The translations under genes were made by a program, and so were the position numbers. Below the pieces are notes generated by a model. It saw only the letters and a list, made by a program, of their open reading frames with translations, did no database searches and was not told the DNA's origin. Shown piece after piece: positions 25,501 to 37,500 of a DNA stretch of 64,000 bases. The DNA is from Acanthaster planci (Eukaryota): contig NW_019091356.1 in assembly GCF_001949145.1 (NCBI RefSeq), positions 2,736,932-2,800,931 of the forward strand. Direction: 5' to 3'. Positions within the stretch are counted from its first letter, which is position 1; every line of letters starts with the position of its first letter.

Positions 25501-28500
25501 AGGCCAACTCACATGAGGCTGTGAACTTCAAGTGACCATAACAAAACAACCATATCTTGAATTGGACTGAAACTTCACAGCGGTACTGATAATGAGTGTC
25601 TCTACATGCATGTAAAGTGTTTAAAAGATGGGGCACGTGACAGCCAGGTTTGTGGGTTGGGGAAGGAGGGGGAGTGGAATCTCAGATGTATGGTGCGTGA
25701 AGAGATCGTTATACAAGTCAGCAACACTAGCCTACGGTTTTGGGTCCAAGGCGGTTGTGGTAGTTGCGTGAATGTAATTGTGTGATGCTGACTCCAACTG
25801 TCCGCCCCCTGCACAATGCACGATAGCAAGCCAAACACCCATTGCATATCTTTTCAAGTCATTTCCATGGTACCGTTCTTCCTTCTTCACCAGCAACCAA
25901 GATACTTTCTGGATTGGTCTCCATGATACCCAAAATGAGGGAGGTAAGAAATTGTACAACTCTTCATTGTGATTTTGACTTGAAAACACAGTCAATGAAC
26001 CAGGTTAATGCACAAAATGAAGGCTTTTGTAAATAGGTTTGTTGATTAAAACTCCCTGTATAATTATTGCATCCACTTCCATAATTTTTGTGGTACATAC
26101 GAGAGTAAGCTTTTGTACATTTATTGACGTGTATATTTTTAAAAGCTGTAAAATTGGAGTGCATGATGCCTGTGCATGAGGTCTTTTAGCCTTATTTTTA
26201 TATTGAAAGGTCCCATTTTGTTTCTCTTTCTGTCCCAAAGGTTTCGAGTGGACCGACGGCTCTGTCCTCCAGTACACCAACTGGAACGACGGTGAGCCCA
26301 ACGATGCCTTTGAAGCCGGCGAGGACTGCGCCGAGATGTTCTTCAGCGGCACCGGCTGGAACGACCAGAACTGCGAGGACCGGCGAGGCTGGGTCTGCAA
26401 GACATCTCGAGGTGAAACAGACAGTTCTCGATGGCAATTTTTCTACTTATGAAATTCCTCTACTTAGGAGTAGAATCTGCAAACCTTTGTACCTCGTCGG
26501 TCAGTACAGGGGGTCACTTTCATGTAAACTCAATATAGCCAAAGGTGGAAGTTGAGGGGTTTGGAGTGTAATCCCTATTGGATGTCTACGCACCCTCCTC
26601 CCCCGACCTGGGTGCCTTCATCTAAAACAACCTATATACAAGCCGAGGGTTCATTATTTTCCTCCAGTTAAATTCTCTGTAAACCAGTTGCCTCCCTGCC
26701 AGAATTTCTCGTCCATTTGTGCCACCATCATTCACAGGGGCATCAAATTCTGCCACCCAATGTTTCTCATCTTGGCTCTTCCCCATTTCCAGTGCTGGGC
26801 TGCTCGGACGGCTGGACACAGTACGAAGATCAGTGCTACTCCTTCCGCTCCCAGATGCTGAGCCACGGGGACGCCAGAGCTGCTTGCCTGGACGATGAAG
26901 CCGACCTGGTCACCATCTACAGCGCCAGCCTGAACGTAAGACAGGGACCCCAAATTTGTGACACAACCCAGCAAATGAAGCACCATTCATCAGTTCCACC
27001 TTTTGAGATAGAGACCTATTCAAAGAATCTTACACAATGTAAAACATATGCCGTTTTTGTCGGAAAGCCAAACTGAGCGACACATTAAAATAAAGGGTGC
27101 ATTTTGCTTTCTCTACTGCAAACTTCAACAAAACTACTGACAAAAAATGAAATGCCATTAAGACACATTTTGTGGGATTTGGTCATATATGGTCAGATCA
27201 AACTCTTGACCTACTGTCTGGGCACTGTTCCTGTCTAAAAATCGACCACCGTTGTTGTTAAACCATGCACAGTCTTTCTTGATATTGTTTTATAAATAAA
27301 TAAGTAATTAAATCAATTCCTCTTCTTTCCCTTTTCTAGGCATGGCTCACTACCAATATTGCATCTACTGGTATGGATCACTGGATTGGCTTGCATGATC
27401 TGACCGATGAAGGCAAATTTGAATGGGTCGATGGCACGCCGCTAGACCCAGTTCTTGAGTGAGTTCAGTTTGGGAGAGCTGTTTTTTTTTTCCCACTAAT
27501 GTCTTAACGTAAACCAATACAATATGGGTGTATAGATTATCTTTGCCTGGTGCTCTTTCGGCAAAGGGCACATCCTTCAGGGATGAAAGGTTTCTAGTCT
27601 CTTTTTTTCTGGCAGGAATTTTTGGGACAGTGGTCAGCCGGATAACTACGGCAACGTGGGTGAAGACTGCACCGTGCTGAGAACCAACGGCCGGTGGAAC
27701 GACGACACCTGCACCTACAACAAGGCGCATATCTGCCAAAGGCCCATTGGTGAGTCATCCCACCTCGACCTACCCCTGGGCTTGATACACCAACATGAGA
27801 CTTTACCAAGCACCTGCACAGAATTAGAAACAGCAGAAGACGTAATTGGTCTTTGTGTTAAAATAACTTCCCAACTTAGTCCTAGTATGCAACGTTTCCT
27901 TGGATCAGCTCATTTCCTTTTTTTTGACTTTTGGTGTGAGCCATTAAGAATTTATAATTGTGTACAAAGCATGGAATTTCTGTTTCTTGCCAATTACCTT
28001 GGTTGTAGTTTAACTTAGCCCGTATCCTTTAGAGATAAAAATAGTTTCATGTACACATATTGTGCATATCTGTTGATAGTTGATTAATGCCTTGGTCTAC
28101 AGGGTTCAGTACCTGCCACATTTTAAAGGGCCTCCTACCAACCACATTTTCCCCTTGATAACAAACCACAGTATGAGGATTAAGGAGATGGTAACACAAT
28201 CTTTGACCAACCTTTTAAGTTACTTGAACCTTGGGTGTAACATAATTAAACGTGTCTTGGTCCCTGGGTATCCCACCAGTGGATTCCCTCCCCAGCTTGT
28301 ACCCCACCTGCCCCTCTGTTCAGAAATTGGGGGGAAAAAATCTGGCGATAGTCTGAACATGAGTTCCCCCTCCCCCCCTGCAAAATGTACCCCAGTTACT
28401 CCACTGCATCCCACAACCAAATAATCTTGCAGTGTGTTTGCTAACACAATAGTTAAGGTGCATCTCTGTGAATCTAACAGCTCTTCTCCCCCCTCCTTTT

Positions 28501-31500
28501 CCCCATCTTTGAAGTCTTGTGCCCGGATGGGTGGAAGCTGCACCAGGGCCGGTGTTTCCGATTCATGACGGAGACGCAGCCGTGGAACGAGGCCAGAGAG
28601 ACCTGCCGAAGCTACCAGGGTGACCTGGCCAAGATTGCCAGCGTGGAGACCAACGTAAGCGCCGATGGAAATCATCCTGCCACTGTCTTTAACATTGAGC
28701 ATTTTGGGAACTATGCATTTTTTTTCGAACTGAATGCTCTAAAAAGAAAGAAGGAAAGAAAGAGGTTTTGAATTTCAAAGTTTCCCTCAAAATTGTGTAA
28801 AAATTCTAATCTTTGCTTGAACATTTTTGCTCGCCAGGCCTGGGCCGGAAAGTATGTCTCAGAGGCTGGAAATGGTCACTACATTGGCCTTCACGATCTG
28901 AGTAACGAAGGCCGCTTCACATGGACGGATGGATCCCAGCTCGACCCCAGCCTTGCGTAAGGGCAGCTTTAAAATACAAATTTGGTCTGGGAACGTCTTA
29001 CAAGGATATCTTGCCCGTCAAGACCTAGTGCAGTACATTGTTGAAATAAATTGAACTTACGTCCTGATATCCAAGATAGTGCTCAGGCTATTTCTACTTT
29101 TCTTTATCTTCTTCAGTTCTTTGTGGGCAGGCAATGCCCCCGATGACTTCTCGGATGGGGAAGACTGCGGCGTAATCAAAATGAATGGGAAGTGGGAGGA
29201 TAACCGCTGCTCGTACAGAAGAGCCTTCATCTGCCAAAAAATGGGAGGTGAGCTTTCTGACAGTAAATGGGTTGATGCTCGTTTGGTCACCAATGTCATT
29301 TTTCATCCACCCCGACTTGAAGCACCCCCGCGCTGGGAAAGAAGATTAGAATCGTTTCAGGCTGGCAGCTGGTGCACACAGGTAGACTGTACTTTTTGAC
29401 AGAAATTGGTTTTCTGTGCTCAGCTCGTCCCATGCCGAACCGTAAGACAGTATGTGCACGAGTTGAGTTCCCTGCAAAGACCTGTCGTAGCTAAAGCATG
29501 CCATCTCTGGTTCCAGCAAGGAGGAGATTTCACCTTTTCACCTCAAGTGTGAAGAGATGAAATGGTCGTCAGAGCAAAGCGCAGTGAACATATCACACCC
29601 ATACCGCAGTCGTTGCACTGGCTTCCCATTCCTCAGTGTATTCAATTCAAAATTCTTCTTTTCGCATATAAAATCAGAAATGGACTTGCACCAGCATACC
29701 TCAAGGATCTCATCAGGCCAAAGGTCTCAACCTCATCCATCGGCCTCCAATCTCATTCCACTTCACATTTACATCTCTCTCAAGGCCCGTGCACCAACAC
29801 CCGTTATGGTCAGCAGGCATTTGCTGTCGCTGCACCTACTCTCTGCAATCGGCTCCCACTGCATATTCAAGCCTCATCTACAATAGACACATTCCAGACT
29901 CAGCTTAAGACACAGTAATTCAAAATTTGATAGTGCTCAGAAACACCTGTTGAAAGCGCTTTATAAATAATAATTTATTATTATCAGTAGTATACTTTTA
30001 GACAAGATCACATGAGTTTGTGTGCTTCCTGCATTGCGCATGTTTGTAGGTTTGTTCTTGTTTCATTTTATTACAGTTTGTCTTTTTCTTTCACAGTGTC
30101 AGTTTGTTCAACTGGATGGACTGCTTACCAAGGCGATTGTTTCATCTTCAAGACGGCCAGCCCGGTCAATTGGAACAATGCTAGGGCCGACTGCCAGGCC
30201 AGCCAAGCTGACCTGGTTGTTATTACCAGTGTGGAGATGAACGTAAGAAATGTCCACCAGATCAAAACAAAAAATAGTCAATCCAATCAGGCACGAGTGG
30301 CCAAAATTCACACAATCTGGATCTTTTCATGAACCAAACCTAAATGGTGATGGATGAATCTAATGGCAAGAAATTCCAGGGATGTCGTTGAAAGCTTCGG
30401 TAAATTTGAAAAACCATCAGGGAAACTGGTGAAAAAAAAGTTAGGCGGACACTGGAGAGAATGTACAGTTCCCACCAAAACTACAGCTCTTGTTTCAAGT
30501 TTTCATTTGAATGTGCACAAAACCTTCACTTTGGCCTTTTCACTTGAGTTACCAGACATCTTGAAGGTTTTTGGGACACCACAGACCACAAAATTGTACT
30601 CAAGAGTCCACATTTTTGGTTATTTTTATGGTTGTAATTAATTTTTTGTTCGGTTTATATCAGACATGGCTGACTAGTTATGTGTATTCTGGTGGTAAGA
30701 TGCACTGGATAGGACTTCATGATACCGACCTGGAAGGAAATTTCTTTTGGGTGGACGGTACCCCTCTCAACGCTGGCTCCCCTCTAGCGTAAGCATTGGT
30801 TGCTTTCAGACAGGACAGTTTCATTTTAAGCACTTTCTCCAAGGGCTGTCCAAGTGAATTTCTTGTTGCGCACACAGAGTTCATTGATGTTGGACTGTCA
30901 TTATTACCCCCAAGGAAACATTGAAGACATCTTGATAATTACCTTGCTTGGTTTTTAACTTTGAGCTATGGTGTGGTGTTCAGATGGAAAAGTTCCAACA
31001 TTTGACGCAAATTTTCTGCAATGAATACTATCACGTCAACCTCCAGGTCTCTTTGGGAGAATGGTGCACCAAATAATGTCGGTCAAGATGGTGAAGACTG
31101 CGTGGTGATCCAAGCCAATCAGAAGTGGGGCGACATTGATTGCTCTGTGCACAAGCCTTTCATCTGCATGCGGCCTTATGGTGAGCGGTTCTCACAAATT
31201 TTGTTCCATTTGAGAATATTACCCACTCATTGCAGTTGTTCTGCCTGTGTGGGAAAAACTTCAAAATGCCCACTGCTGGCAGCCTACAGTCAATCCCTTT
31301 TTTTTATATGAGTGCTGAAGAGAAAGTGCATTGCTGTCATGAAGATACATATTCAGTTTTAAAGTTATCGTGCCCTACACTTCCAACACGAATTAATTGC
31401 CGCTGCTGTCTTGAACAGGTCCCACAGCGCCCATCTAGAATTACTGCCTGGAGTCTAGAGTCAGTGCTTTTCACCAGTTCAGGGGACTTTTCACTAAAAT

Positions 31501-34500
31501 GTGGGTACCCCGTCAAACATAAATCAGACTTAGAGGTATTGTAATACTTTTGGGCAGAATGTATAATTTTCAGTTAGATCAGGGCTAATCCATCGGCTTT
31601 GCTTAAAAAAGCTGGTGGTATGTGAACTGGTTTTCATGTCCATGTGACAGGGTTCTCATGACAAATTTTCAGTGGAATGTGTACAAGTCTACACCATCTG
31701 TCTACGAGACGTATGCACCTGACTGTAGGTGCACAACATGCATTGGAGTTGCAGCACCCTAAAGTAGCAAATGATTTCCCCTGGCACTGCTCCAAGACAT
31801 CATTTGGATATATTTGGAGTAACGTCATGCCTACTCTAATGCGATGCACCAATTCCGAAACACAGATTCTTCGAGATGAATCATTTAACTGGCGAAGAAG
31901 GGCCTCCAACTTTTGACAGATCTTTTCTCAGTGTTAGTAGTGACTTAGCCCTATGGGTCCTTCACAGATTTCATCTAAATAGAACAGGATAACAACTTTG
32001 AAATTTACACGCGAGAGACAAAGTTTTTTTTCATTGAAAAGAATTAACTGACACACTGGTGTCCTCTTAATTAGTTGTTACTTTTCCTATTAAGCCTTCC
32101 AGGAAAAAAACAAGGTGACAGTGAGCGTTTTACAAGATGTACTCTTGGGCCGGGAGATGTTAAGTTTGATTAAGGGTTTTGCCCTTAGAGTAAGCTTTGT
32201 ACAGTACCAAATTATCACATGTTCAGCTTCAATTGCCCTCCTTTCTTTATGTACTCGTTGACCTGTCATTGAAGAGGGATGATTCACGGCCCATGATTGA
32301 TACAAGGGGTTGGCCCAACTTTGAGAGTCGGTGCCCCGTGCATTGGCGGGTGCTGCGGCGAGTCACTGCCAGATCCTGTCCTGTCGTCGTCCTGGCGGAT
32401 GTGCCTCGTTAGGTCCACAGGACGTACAATCACGGTGCAGCTTCTTGTCCCCTAGCTGTCCAAAAAATCACTGTCCCCTCTCCCTCTCCTTACGCCCTCC
32501 GATATCGTGGCAGAAAACCCGCCGTTCCAACCGCCGTGATTTGCTGTGGAGATTAAAAGAAAAAGTCTTTCCACTGCTGGAGATAATGATGTTGAGCCAC
32601 CTGTAGATACAATTGCATGTTTTCTGCATGCGATCTTGATTCCACCTTCAAACTTTATCGCATCGTTGAGTTTGGAGGCATTTAGCTTTTGTTTCACCAG
32701 CAACTTGGTCTCATCTGGAGATGTCCCCATAGGATTAAGTCATCAAGTTTTGACATGGCTACGTAAACTTGTGACATCTCGGACAAATCATCTGGGGACT
32801 GGTGGCCTGCAACTTGTGAGAAGTTTGCAGAAAAAATGACTGTTCTGCGAAGGGTGCCTGGGACTGGGATGTCCCATTTTTTTTGATGTTCGCTCACAAA
32901 TGGAGTGATTGATGGGCATAGCTTACGGCAGTGACTAGATACTATGTAAAGAGCTTTGGGATAAACCACCTGCACACAGCTTCAATGAAGCTCTGTCAGC
33001 AGAAGCTGTTGTGTCTTACATGATAACGCTTGACATGGTGGCCATGGACAAGCTGAGTCGCTAGGTCCGTGAAGCAGTCTCTTAATCAACAGAGTCGGCT
33101 CTTTTTAAGGAAACAGAAGTTACGCTCGACAAGAAGTTGTCAACGAGAAGTGCAGTGATTGATGATCCAGTGCCCGTCTTCAGTTGACGCCTCAAGTTTT
33201 TCAATATTGGAAGTCATCTGTGGCAAGATTTTGGGGGGAGATTTTAGAGCGGCTGGCTTATATCAAACTGCATGTACGTGGAGTTCGATAGTGTCAGAAG
33301 GAACGTGATCCAAACACCATCCAAAGGACGATAGCATGCAAGAAATGCAGAAGTTTGGAAGTCGTATTCATCAAAATTGTTTTGAGAGATAGCTGAACTC
33401 GGATAGAGGCCAGAAAAAGAAAATACTTCTGCAGAAGAGCAGAATGAACAATTGTTGGACATAGGGGAAGTCACATCCCATTGGATCCTCACAACGAGTG
33501 GATCAAATTATACAGTTTTAAGGAGGTAGTGAAAACTGCAAGAAAATATGGCTGGCAAACAAGACATTCACACGTGCCGGCTCAGATGGCATCGTGTAAC
33601 GTGGAAGTTATCCTCTCTCTCTGTGATAAGTAGCTGGCTGATCGTCGTAGTGGGGGTATGCCTCCAAATTCTGCCCGTTGTGGGACAATCGGTCAGGGCC
33701 ACCACACCCAAACTCACCGATAGCGGGAATGACAACACAACTGACCCAACGATAAGCACACCAGCCAATGACAGTGTGACTGCAGTATTGGGCACAGACT
33801 GGTTACCAACCACATTGTCCGTGACCACAAAGTCACCTGCAACAATCACAACATCAGGAGGAAGGACAAGTCACGTTTTATCTGGAAATGCAGGGAATGC
33901 ATTTGAAACTCCCGTCTTTGGTAGGATGTGCATGCTGCCAATTTGTTCCCCAGTGTTCTTCTCAGAACCACACATACTCATAAAAAAAGAGAATATTGTA
34001 CATGGTGTAACCGCAAAAATCCTTAACTAATTGTCGATCCGCCATGCAAACCTTCAAGCGCTACCCCAGTGTCTTGTTATAAAAATATTTCAGCGAAAAA
34101 AACGTAACCTTCAATCACATATAAGCTACTCAAGAATCCACGGGGAAAGAAATTCACATGCCCAGTGTGTCTTTAACCAACAACCTCCATTCTGTTCGAA
34201 AATTGTTAGCCTCTGTTCTTTTTAGTACACCAGGGTCAGTGTAGAAAATTCACTTTAATATTAGCATCATTGATGCCACAGTTAGACTCTGATCAGATGT
34301 TGACAATTTTATGATTGTGAATTTCTTCATGCTCTGTTAGGGAGCAAGGCAAACATTCTTCTTCTCTTGCCATTTTTGCCAATTTATAAATTATATTCGA
34401 AATTCTTTTCTATCCTTGTTAACAGGTGAGATACCGTTTACAACCGCAGCACCTGAATGTGAGTATGCAGTCAACATTGCTTTTGGTATTTGACGAGACA

Positions 34501-37500
34501 TTACAAAAATTAACCGAGTTTAGACTGGGCATGTGATCCCCATAGGAGGGCCTCATTTTACTCCAAAATCAACCCCTCATCCTCTCCAAATTCTGAAAGC
34601 GACACTCACCCTGGCTCTTTGTTTCCTCGTAAATCTCAGAGCCTCAGCGTGCCACTGGAATAGCCGCAGTAAGGATTGGGGAAGGCAGTTCTTACCCCTT
34701 TGATGCATTGATGTGCACATTCCTGGTATTGTGTGGAACTAACGCACCCTTAACCTTCCCCCCAGGGGGAGAGATAAGATGGATATGAATCAGTGGCAGA
34801 ATGGGGTGAACCGAGTTGCCTGTCGGAAGGAAATCCAATAACATCCTCATTACTGAGCTGGAACGGGTCAAAGGAGGGGGGTGGGGAAATGGTGAAACAT
34901 TCCCAATGCCCAGTAAGATAAAATTGAGTCAGGAAAAGAAACATGTGTATCGGTAACTATTTTTTTGAGTTAAGACTGAGTGATTCAGATTTCAGTTGCT
35001 AGATAAATGGTTGATAAAGGGAAGTGAAATTTAATTGAATTTAATGAGTAATGATCCAAGGACAAGTCATCCTTAAATCGATTGATGGATGTTATCTGAT
35101 CCGGCCTCTCAGAGGAGAGAGAACTATACCCTCACTTTCTCCAGTTCCTCCTTTCCTGAAATAAAGTCGCAGCAAGAATGACTTAGCCTTCTGGAATAGA
35201 CCAGAGAGGGATCTCAAAACATTTACCTCCGCTTCAAACTCGAGGCCTCTTTGGCCTCTTAAATCCAATCCTTTGTTGCTGCAAATCCAGCTCGTACAGA
35301 CACACCGAACTATATTCGGCGGAAGTGGTTGTATTTGACAAAGACCTCAATGCAGAAATGCACAAGTTGTACCAATGGCCCAACAAACTTGAGTCACAAG
35401 TCGACAGAGCTCTTTTGGGATCCGAAGGCACTGAAAAGAATCTCACGCAGTGTATACCAATAGGAGCCATGGCACTTTTCACCTACGTTTCCAAAAAGGA
35501 TGCCAGGCTCAGTGTTACATCATAACATAAGATCTCAGTTCCCTCTTTCTAATGTGCGCTACAACACCAATCCTCGAGAATTCACCCGTACATTCCTTTG
35601 TTCTCCTGTGGGTAAGGAAACTCAGGGAAAATGCTCCTTTTTCTCCCACTAGGATAACTCCTTCAAGCTGGGGTTTTGATGATGACTTACTGTAATGTTC
35701 CTCTTCATTTTGCCATGGATGACCCTGACCCCAAAACTCCTCTATCTGAAGCTGTTTTTCAGAGACGTGTGTGTGGATGTGTGTGATTCCACACAACAAA
35801 ATCACACCCTACATTATGTGGACGTCTTTTGTGCAGAGGTCCACACTATGCATGCCATTCCTGCACAGTGAAGCACTCTGTATACACCCATAGACAAAGG
35901 GAAAAGAACCCAGTCCCAAACAACTTAATAGTGGCTGCCAAGGTATCGTCTGTATCACTTTGTGCCCAAATATTCCTCTGTGTGGATCCGTTTCATTCTA
36001 GACCCTCCATGCCCGACTGACGAGGCCTGGATCCTGAATGGTGATTCCTGCTACTTCTTCAGCTCCTCCGCTGATCCGACGGAGGGCAGGAAGAGCTGGG
36101 ATGGGGCGGAGCAATGGTGCAATCAGAAGGGTGGCCACCTGATATCCATCCATGGAATGGATGAACAGGACTTTGTCAACCTTCAGGTGCAAACCCCACA
36201 TTGTTGTACTAGAGTTCCTTTCTCCCATGTTACAAAAAAACAGGTTAAAACCAACCCACCCCAAACCAGTCCAAGCCAACCCAACCCAACTCAAGCCTTC
36301 CTCCAAAAAAAGTGATTCAATGGTATCTCTTAAAGGTAGGAAATTATCAGAATAGACTCCGTTGAAAAATTTCCTTCAATTTCTGATGACTTCCTCAAAT
36401 TTGTTTTTGCGTTTCTTGAAACAGATCCCTGAGATCTTTGAATTCTTCCCCAAACAAAATAGGTCCTTTATAATTCCCTTTCTCCCACAAAATAATTTAA
36501 GAGTCCCTCCTCTCAAACAGATCCCAAACCATGTCCACACCTGTTAACATTTTCAATGGTTATGTAGGAAATGAAACTGTATCTTTGGCGGTCGTATCCT
36601 GGGTCAGTGACAGCTGTTGAACTGCTTGAGTTGGCTGTAAGATGTATCACTCTTCCAAATGGGTGTATCAAAAACAAAAAAATACTATAGTTCATTGCAG
36701 TATTGGTTAAGCTGATGACAAGCCCATTGGAGCCCACTCTCCAGTCAATATGCCAATTGGGTCACAAATAACTTGGTATGTCAAAATGAAGAAACAACTG
36801 TCACTAATTATTTGGGATAACCTTGGACTTAACCTAAGAAGGGATGACTCTTGATAGACTTCTGTCAATTCATTTTCCATTCCTTGGAGTGTGTCAGCTT
36901 CTGAGGTTTTTATAGACGAGATTTTCAACTCGGTTTAGCTTGACTCTGTTAATGTACTTCATCTCAAAAATGTGATCCAAGAATCAAAATGAGGTCTAGT
37001 TACCACACTCCCCTAGCTTTACATCATTGTCAGATTTATTTACCTTATACACAGGTTGAACTGGCCAATGTGGATTCATACTGGATTGGAATTAGAGAAT
37101 ATGAAATAGAAGGAGTATATTAGTAAGTAATTTCAACAATTCAAAACTTTGGCGTTTGTTTTCACTTTGAAATCTGGCTATTTTTCATTTGCCAATTGTC
37201 CAGTTGTAAGCATTTTAAAAGTTCTAATCCTTTCTATGCTTTGAATCAGAGCAGAAATCTGAGCTGTAAAGTAGCTCTCCCGTTGTGGTAATTAACCCCA
37301 ACTTGTCCATCCAACTGCATTTTACTTGGCAAAGAACGTAGAAAAAAATGAAGTGTTTGAGAGCATGTAGTGTAGATGCTTTTGGAGGGAGATGGAGCTG
37401 ACAGCAAACAGATTATGTACGCATTTACAAAAAAGGGTTATAATTTTGGTCCTTTGGGACCCCATCGGACGAAAGCATTGCCAGTTTTTTGAAGGAGAGT

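Noticed and set aside
32331..32975. Overlapping 90-97 aa ORFs on both strands as a nested gene
   Set aside because: No protein motifs, and every frame is broken by stops over the wider region.
35234..35482. Minus-strand peptide [12 protein letters not shown] resembling a THAP domain
   Set aside because: Lacks the CxxxxC, conserved Trp and CxxHF residues; likely chance similarity.
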